Source: Schmidtea polychroa
Lineage: Eukaryota
Reading direction: 5' to 3'
NCBI GenBank assembly: GCA_044892525.1
Contig: CM097888.1
Location: forward strand, 49,104,001 to 49,168,000
Length of the DNA: 64,000 bases
Positions within the stretch are counted from its first letter, which is position 1; every line of letters starts with the position of its first letter. Shown here one piece after another: positions 52,502-61,900 of the stretch. The position numbers were made by a program, and so were the translations under genes. The notes under the pieces are model-generated. The model did not search any database. It saw nothing but the letters and a program-made list of their open reading frames with translations, and was not told where the DNA came from.

Positions 52502-55500
52502 TAAAATATATATAAACTGAAAAAAATGAAAAAGATTTTCCGAAATCCATCTGAAATGATGATTACTAATCTCGGATTAATTCAAAAACTATTGAAATAT
52601 CTTTTAAACAATTTTTTTCATAATTTCTATTTTTAAAAGATTTGATTTCTTTTTAAATATTATTTTGAAAAATATATTTTGAAAATAAAATATTTATTTT
52701 AAAAATGTATCAGCTTTATTGGACTAAAAACAATTAGAATTTCATTAAATGTCAGTAAATTTGTATTTGTTTTATCAAATTGAAAAATGTTTGTTGATAA
52801 TTTGTATTCATATATTAATTAGGATCAAAATCACAGCAAAGAAAGTAGTGAAAATGGTAAGCATGAATGCTTTTCCTCTGTGTTAGAGATGTGAAAGCAT
52901 TTCATTGGATTTTTTTATAAATGTGCAGAATCCTCACTGTTTTGTAGGTCCCAACCTTTATCAAGTTCACATTCTCTCCGTATTTTGAAGTTGTTAAGCA
53001 CATGTTTTTTATAAATTAAAATCGTGTAGTTTGATTCAATACTATTCATTTATTAATACTAATTTATTTTTTAAATTTATATTTTTTTTAATTTATATTT
53101 GTTTTTTTTGTGGTTTGTTTTTGTTTTTGAAGTGAAAATCTATAAATAATTTCAATGCATGAATAGGTTCATTCTAGCGAGCAAATAGAATGACATGTTA
53201 ATGAAATAATATTTAGATAGAATACTTATAAAAAGTATTTTTAATTATTTTAAATGATTTTTTAATTTTTTAAAATTTTTTTTTATTTGTATTTTAGGTA
53301 AATAATTATGTGGTATTTTTTTCTAATGATTAGAAACATAATTTTTAATTAAAATTAAGTATTATTAAAAATTAATGAAATTTATATAATAAAATAATTA
53401 ATTAAAAATAAATTAAATTAATCAAATAATCACTAAACAAAAAAAATGTTTAAATATATTTTTTTAAATCAATTTTGAAAAATATACACCTTACAGTTCA
53501 TAGAATAATTTAACACTTGGAAATTTTTTAGTGGTCCCATACAATATTTACTATAAAATTGCGATTTTTCTTTCAGATAGTTGTCTGTTAAATATGATTT
53601 AAAGTAAAAATTATGTTATAATGAAGTTACTCCTACTGCTTACATATCTAAAAATTATTTCTGTAGTGCTTACTGGTTTCATGCAATAACCATAGTGGCA
53701 GCGGTGTATTGCCAAATTCGTAACAAAGGGTTCGCAGTTAGTATGTACCCTTATGCCATATCGGTCACCGCCACAGTCGCTCAAATTACGATTAGGCGAT
53801 CTGGCGTCTGGGCCCACGAAGCTCCTTCAGCGGAGTTTCGAGTCCAACCGCCAAGGCAATTTTAAGTGTTTGAAGTCAAATAGAGCAAGTTTTTATATTT
53901 CTTTTTTGTTTCTTAAGAAGTCTTTAGAATAGTCTTTTAGTACATAAACAAATAAGCAACAAATAAGCAAAATTAAATTAAATTAAATATATTCATCTAT
54001 CCTTGAAATCCTGTGGGGCTTACTTTCAAATATATTTTCCATACTCAGAAAACGAAAATGGTCTAAGAAAAATAATTTAAAATAAACATAATAGTAATAC
54101 TTAATAGTTTTATTAATTGTATCATAATCCTCATTGTTAATTAAAACTAATAAATATAAAAATTTAATAATTAAAAACATACTTTGCACGATTTGGGGCC
54201 TTTCTTTATTCGCTCATCTCCAAGTATTGCGAGCTTACTAACTCCTCAATTATGGAATTGTTAAAATCCCTAATTGCTTCTATCAAATCAAGTCAAAATT
54301 ATGTAATTGAAACTGATAAAAGTATTTGCAATTAAAGTGAATAAATTATATTTAGTTTTATTTTGCTGTTGTTATAATTATAACCTAATTCAACATTTTG
54401 GTTTAAAATTTATGCAAATTATTCAGGAATTTCTAAATTGGAAAGTGTTTTCTTTCAAATGGAAAATCACTTTGACAATGCAAATAATATAATCTAACAA
54501 ATACCAATAAAATATTTCATTTTCACCATCGATCGAAAATAGAAGTTGTTCTTGGCACAGCCAATCAATTTTGGTCTTTGTATGAAATATGTTTTAGATT
54601 AATTTGATTGGTTAATGAATTTTATAAAGTTGATTTAAATATAGAAATTTGTTAGGTTGAATCTTTTGGTATTTCTTAAACCGCTAGGATACATTTTGCA
54701 ACCAGGTTTATATGAAGAATAAAAGTTGTGTTCAGTTTACCAATGTTCATAGTATTTACTTGAAATTTCTTCAACACGTTGACGGACACTCGAAGCGAGT
54801 AAAGTTAAAAAATTAATACTCCATGTTTTGAACTTTTTAGAGCAATGTGACGTTTCTCTTCTTCCTTTTTTGTAGCATTGTTTACATCTCTGAAAATACG
54901 ATTTTCGCTGATAATAGCAGATGATATAGCAGCATTGTCTGAAAATGTCCTTTTCATTTTCGACGGGTGTTGCAGTGATGTTACATTGTAAACTTGGCGT
55001 TGACGGTTATAGCCGCAAGTTTCCGTCAACGTGTTAATATACATTTATGAAATCGAATGATTTCATGAGTTTCAATGATATTTTGACTATATACTGTTAA
55101 GATTTGGAATTTTTTAAGTTTGAATTTTGTTGGAACATAAATTATGGATATATTACGGATATGGACATGTAAGTCATTATTATACTTGATGGATAGATTT
55201 AATGAAGAAACAATGCTTTTTATGATTTTGAAGGATGTGAATAGAACTGGATATTTTTCCCATTTGTCTCGTGGTTCTGATTGTGTGTCACTAATAAATG
55301 TGTGTGTATGCATCGGGAAGTGTACACATTTGTCTGCTTATAACAAATTTATTTATTTTTACCGCAAATTTTTATTTTTGAATTATTTTATTGGTGGAAA
55401 TTGATATATTGTTTGGTACATATGATTTGAAAATCGAGGACAATTTAAACAAAACCACATTTTGAAGTAATGTAAAAAAAATTAAATTGTTTATGCAAAT

Positions 55501-55843
55501 AAATATTAATATAAATAATTGCAATTATTAAGATAAATACATAATATAAAAAGAAAATATAAAATTCATTAAATAAAATCGAACAGAAATTATAAAATGC
55601 AACAAAATTTTTAATCTGAATTTTTTTTAATTTCCTCTTTAAAAAAATAACCGACATTGTTTGTAAAATCCTTATTATTTTATCATTTATTAATAGAAAA
55701 TTTTGAATAAAAGGCAGCACTTTTGTTTAATTAGAATTCGCATCAAAATCGGCTTTTTATTTTATTCATTAAACTAACTAATTATTATTTAATTATTTTT
55801 CAATTTAAAAAAAATTAATTTGCAAATTTTTCATTTTCTAATT

Positions 55844-55909
<66 letters not shown>

Positions 55910-58900
55910 AATAATATTAATATTATTAATTTTTAGAATATTATAAATAAGTATTCATTATAATGTCTTAAAAATCCTAAATGTAATAAATTTGTGAAAT
56001 TGTATTTTTAAAATTCTTTAAAAGATATTCGATTTGTCTTTCTTTATCCCAATTTTCTGCAAATTAAATTGTAAATTATTTTTATAAAATTATTTATTAA
56101 TTCGAGTTTTAATTAACTTTTCAGATTCCAGAGATGAAGCTGTCAATCTGTCAAATATTTCCTATATCAGTAATCCTAGCTCAGATTTTCCTCCCCCATT
56201 GCCAAATTCTAATCACATTAATCCTAATCCAAGTCAACTTCCAGATATAAAAATTAGCAAGACAGTAGAGCACTCAAGTCCCGTTAACAAACCAAGCAAT
56301 TTGAAGCCAAGTAATATTATTCTTATTGAAATATTTTGAAACGTTTGATAAATCTCAAAAAAACCCACCTTTGTATGTCCCTAAATATCATTGATATAAT
56401 TTTTTACCAAAAGTAGAGATGTCATTGGTCCATTTAAAGAAAATTACGTTGTTAACTGTATTTGAAAAAGATTCAAAAAGGGTCTACCTGATAAATTAAT
56501 TGTTTTTAAAATAACAATTCCGCCTGTTTGGGACAATAGCGGTGATCCTTTTTGACAAAAGGGTCAAAATTAAGTTTAATTTTTTTAATCAACCAATGAG
56601 TTAATTACTATGTGAATTGTAATAAAAGGGAAACCTATGCATATCAATCTAATTTTCTTTAGAGTAAGAATGTAATAACAATTTTATAATGAATAAAACA
56701 AACAAAAAAAATTTTAAAAATAATATTGAAAAAAAATAATATAACAAATTCTTTATTCATTTTCTTTGTTGTAAGATATTATTTTAATTATATATTAATT
56801 AGTTAAGATACTACCCGGAGAGTACCATACACCCGGAGAGTACCATACACCCGGAGAGTACCATACACCCGGAGAGTACCATACACCCGGAGAGGCCCAT
56901 ACACCCGGAGAGTACCATACACCCGGAGAGGCCCATACACTCAAGACTCCAGGCATACTTCGTAATACGCGAGATTTTAAACATACTTAAAATTTAGAAT
57001 GAGACGTGAATGACACTTTGGTATTTATAATTTCTATAAAACAATACGTTTGGGCCTCTCCCGGTAATATCTTAACTATTCATTTTTCATTACTAAAGGG
57101 CTAGTATTTAATTGAGCTTAATATAATAAAGCTTTAGCATTAATTTATTTAAATAAAAAAATCATAATAAATTTAAAGTCCTGTTAATGTTACGAATATT
57201 ATTATTCCAAATCTGATTTTGTTTTTCTATATTTTTAAAATTGCTGTAATATTCTTAAAAATTAAAATCATTAGTTTTGGAAACTATTACAGTTGAATAT
57301 TGATCCATTGCTATTTTTTAAATGACTTTTTCATGAATAGCTTTTCTATTAGTATCCAAAGAAACATAATTATATCTTGTATTCCAATGATTTCTTAATT
57401 CATCAAAGCCTGATTTTTCATCAAGGTTGAAAAATTTAATTATAAATATTATCTCGATCACATTTATTCAATTCAAAGAAAATAAAAAGATTTGAGTTTC
57501 CATGTATAGATCTTCTTGGTAAATTAAAATAATTTTGTGATAGATTGTTTTGCTAAAAATTATTAAATTATTAAAATCATTTAATTTAATATTCTAGACG
57601 TTTACTCATTTTTATAATAAAAAATGAGTAGTTAAGATACTACCCGGAGATGGCCATATGTATTGTTTTTTACAAATTACAAATACCGAAGTGTCATTTA
57701 CATCTCATTCTAAATTTTAAGTATGTTTACAATCTCGCGTATTAGGAAACATGTCTCGAGACTTCCAAATGTATATGTTTTTAAATCTGTATGTTTACAA
57801 TCTCGGAATCTGCCTATTTTTCAATTTCACGTATTAGGAAACATATCTGGAGTCTCAAATGTATGAGCCTCTCCGGGTAGTATCTTAACTACTATAATAA
57901 ACTGTTTTGTTTTTTACAAAATTTATAAAATAGTAACATGGAATAGTCATGTTGGTCACTGAAGAATCCTCAGGTCATACGCTCGTCGTCCCTTGTTAAA
58001 GGTTTTTAGTTTTGTATCTTGTGCGGATTTTTGGGATTTTCATTTAGTTTCATTTTATTGTAAGTTACTCCTGAATTTAAAAGAATAAATTACGCTCACC
58101 ATATAATTGTTAAAAATTAATATTAACCAATGAAAATTAATCAAGCTGAAAAATTAGAAACAAAATATAACCGATATGAAAATATATTTTATTTATCTCA
58201 CCGACATTTACAAAGGGACTTAAAAGAATCAAGAACGACTTTTGAAACCTTGCAAGAACTTGACAGTCAAAGAAATGAATGGACGCAACCCTGTCAAAAA
58301 TGTGATACCGGGATTATAGCATTTACATTTATTATATAAATTTTAAATATTTTAAAAATTCTCCACCAATATTATTTTATCCAATCTCTAAAACGCTGAT
58401 TTATAAACTATAAATAAATATTTTAAAAATTAATTACAAATTAATTTATTATTTCAGTCAGAAACACTCCTCGTCAGATATCCCCAGAGAAAATAAACAA
58501 TTTGACCAGGTTAGTCAAACTTCACTCTGAAAAATTCATTTTATTTTCAATTTCGGATATCATATAAATTATTCTCGGAAAATTATTTATGGTTACAATT
58601 TTTATAAAAATGTTTTTCATTCTAATTTTTTCTTGATTAAATTTACTATTTTCATGGAGAAATTATTATTATTTTTACTTTATATTAATTTCGCTGATGT
58701 TTGTATATTTGTATGTACCACGCAAATTTTGTGAGGACAAATTAACCTGCTTTCCGTAATCGGATTGTGCTGAAATTTTGCAAGAATATTCGTTGTCGAG
58801 AACACTGCTGCTCTCAAAATTTCAGATCGATCTGATCACGGAAAGTGGGTTAATTTAAAAAAATATTGATATATCAAATCTAGTGTTATTTTATTATTTC

Positions 58901-61900
58901 AATATAAATTCTTATCTATTCATTAACTTCGGATTAAAGAGATAACGTAATTATATTTAAAATATGTTGAAATGAAGTTGAAATTATTTAATCGATTGAG
59001 TATGCTTCGGGTTTTCCTCGTCGCTTGGGTTTCTCATTGACTCGGGCTTCAGATTAGCGATTAATTAATTTTTAATTAATTTGATTTTACGATATAACTT
59101 TTTCTGGGGACCCCTTGCTAAATTTTTACTATTATTTCTGGAGTCGTCTCCAAATTTGACGTGAATAATGGCCAGATTTTATGATTGATGGACTGCATTT
59201 TAGTTTACCATAAAACTATAACCTGATTTTAACTACGATGATTGGATTGAAGAAAATTGCGATTTTATTGCTGAGAATTCAAAGGTTCTTGAAAATGAAG
59301 AATGATGGGATTGGTTTTGGCCGCAGAATGACCACAAGTTTCTAAATGTATTCATGAAATAAAAGAGAAAGCTTTTATTCGATATCTATGACTAAAATTT
59401 ATAAGCAGTGGTAAAATTTCTTCGTATGGCAAAATTTATGCAATTGCACTTAAAGAAAAATGGTGTTTAACAGTGGTGCATCGTGAAACTAGGCTAAAAC
59501 TGTGTTCAATTTGAATCCTTGGGGCTCGAAATCCTTTGGATCCTTTGGATGCTCCAAAAGAAGTATCTAGGTGTTCTATTCGAAAGGGAAAAAATCAGTT
59601 TTCAAAAGAAAAAAATTATAATTATATATAATTATATAATTCCTAGGTGTTATGTTCGGGATAAGACTGTAACAAACACAGTTATTATTAGGGCGACCCA
59701 AAAGTTGCAAAAAAAAGTTGCAAAAGTTGCAATAAAAGCTGACTATAAAATAATATTAAATTTTTTATTATTTACTACAAAATATAAATATAAAATCATT
59801 AAAGTAGAATTTCTTTGTAAACGGGAAAACAAGCAAAAATTCTTGATAATTCTTTGGTCTAATGTTTCGGATCAAATTGTTTTTATTCATCAACTGAATT
59901 GAAATAGCAGATAAAGTAATACGGAATATTATTTCCGTTATAATTCCTGTCCTCTCTTAACATTCTTTTCAGCATTGAAAAGCTCCTTTCCACGTCAATT
60001 GACGTTGGCTGGCAATTTTTTAACTGAGAATATGTTGCTGGCGAAATTTTGTCGTTAGACAACTCCAAAATGTTGTTTAAGTCGTTTTTAAACATTCTTT
60101 CCTGAATATAAGATCTCAAATTACAAGGGTCCTCTTTGAAGTCGAATTCATTTATTCTTTTAAATGTACTTTCAATTCAATGTTTTGAATCTTCAAGCTC
60201 ATCAGCCAATACAACTAACCCCCTGTAACAATTAAATATTTCTTCCAACTCTTTTGTTATCGTTTCTTTAAAAATAGCCGTTTTCGCATTTTCGATCAAT
60301 ATTCCCTTTTGAGTTATTTCCTTGAAATGTAATTTTATTTCTGGCAGTATTTTAGAATAAATTAATGCAGCGCCAAGCCAACTTGACCATCGTGTTACAA
60401 TAACATCTGGAATATTGCCTGCCTTAGAAAGAATTCTTTTATTTTCTTTATTTTTTGCCGTTATTGACTTAATCGCAGAAATCATATTATCAGCATCTTT
60501 GTAGTGAATTTTTAACCGCATTGCACAATCATGAATTAGGTGCGCAATACATTTAATTGAGAAAAGGTTTGGATGCACGATTTTTAAATGATCGGCTGCT
60601 TTTCGCATGTAGCTAGCATCGTCGCTTAATAACAGCAAAAATTGTTTACTTTCAATTTCAAGAATATCAAATGTTTCATTTATAATGTTGACTACAATTT
60701 GGTGGGTTATCGGAGCTTTCAGGTGTATTAAATTGGCCGCGTAAACAACTTTAGGAGATTCGATTGTTCCTATTAATACCATGGCGTATTTTTCTAAGTT
60801 GATTGAAGTTTCATCCACAACAAGAAATATTTCTTTGTTTTTGACATAATCTTTCAATTTATTCAAAACTGCTGGGTATGTATTTTGAATAATGTATCTT
60901 CGCATACTCGATTCAGATGGAAGTGGATAGGTCATGAAATTAAAGAGCCTTTTGAGACTATTATTTCGTAGTTTGTGAAGCGGCAGGTCGATTGATATTA
61001 ACGCGGTTGTTAATATTTCAAGAAATTCGCTCTTCTTCACGCTTATAAAGTCTTGTTTAGCGGGTTCTTCGCTATTTAATTGGGATAATAAGGTGGAATG
61101 CTTAAGACTTCTTCGGTGTTTTTCAATCGTATATTTTCTTTTGTGGTCAACTGTTTTAGAACACAGATTGCAGTACAACTGATCGTTTGGGGCCATTACA
61201 AACTCCTTATTGTATAATGCACAGTATTTTCTAATGTTCGAATTATTTTTCATGGTAAAAAAAATTAAAAATCTATATATGAATATATAATTTTTAAATC
61301 AAAAAATTTCCAAAAAAAGTCAAAAGTTGCAAAAGTTGCAAAAAGTTGCAAAAAGTTGCAATGGGTTGCCCTAGTTATTATATCATTTTTAATTTGAATA
61401 TGCTATAAGCAGAAAATTTGAACATTGCTCGACATATGAATGCATTTCATTAGTTATTGTTATCTAGTAAGTAGTAGTAATTATTTTCGTTCGTTCACTT
61501 TTGATTTGTTTTTTTTTCTTAGAATATGATCTGGATTTATAGATCGATTCTTTTTCCTATTTAACATTCGTTTTTGGCAGTATTTGATGCACAAAAACAG
61601 GCAACGAATATAAAACACAAAATAATCGAAAGTATGCTAATGTGATTAAGGAAAATCACTTAGTCGACTTAAAAACGGTTTTATTTTATTTAAAATTTGA
61701 AAGATTCCTAATAATAAATTAGTAACTAAATACGTTTTTATTTAAAATAATTTACAAATGTATATTAATTAACCTTACTTTGTTACTCAGGGCCGATACA
61801 GCTGATAGTAAATCGAGTAATTCATCTTCAGTAACAACCGACTTCCTTAGTGAAGAGCAGCGTGAAATAGTCAGAAAATGGCTTGGTCCAGGTCAATTGC

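Noticed and set aside
53820-53855. GAAAC...CTGAAGG on minus as another hammerhead
   Set aside because: The second box lacks the GA and the spacing leaves no room for helices I and III.
56814-56939. 18-bp repeat array as a CRISPR
   Set aside because: Contiguous tandem units without unique spacers, inside a MITE, in eukaryotic DNA, no cas genes.
20975-60179. Alternative genetic code or readthrough suggested by single in-frame stops (Polinton TAG, hAT TGA, cargo TAA)
   Set aside because: Three different stop codons, all in mobile or orphan sequence, while the host exons are stop-free under the standard code; ordinary decay is simpler.
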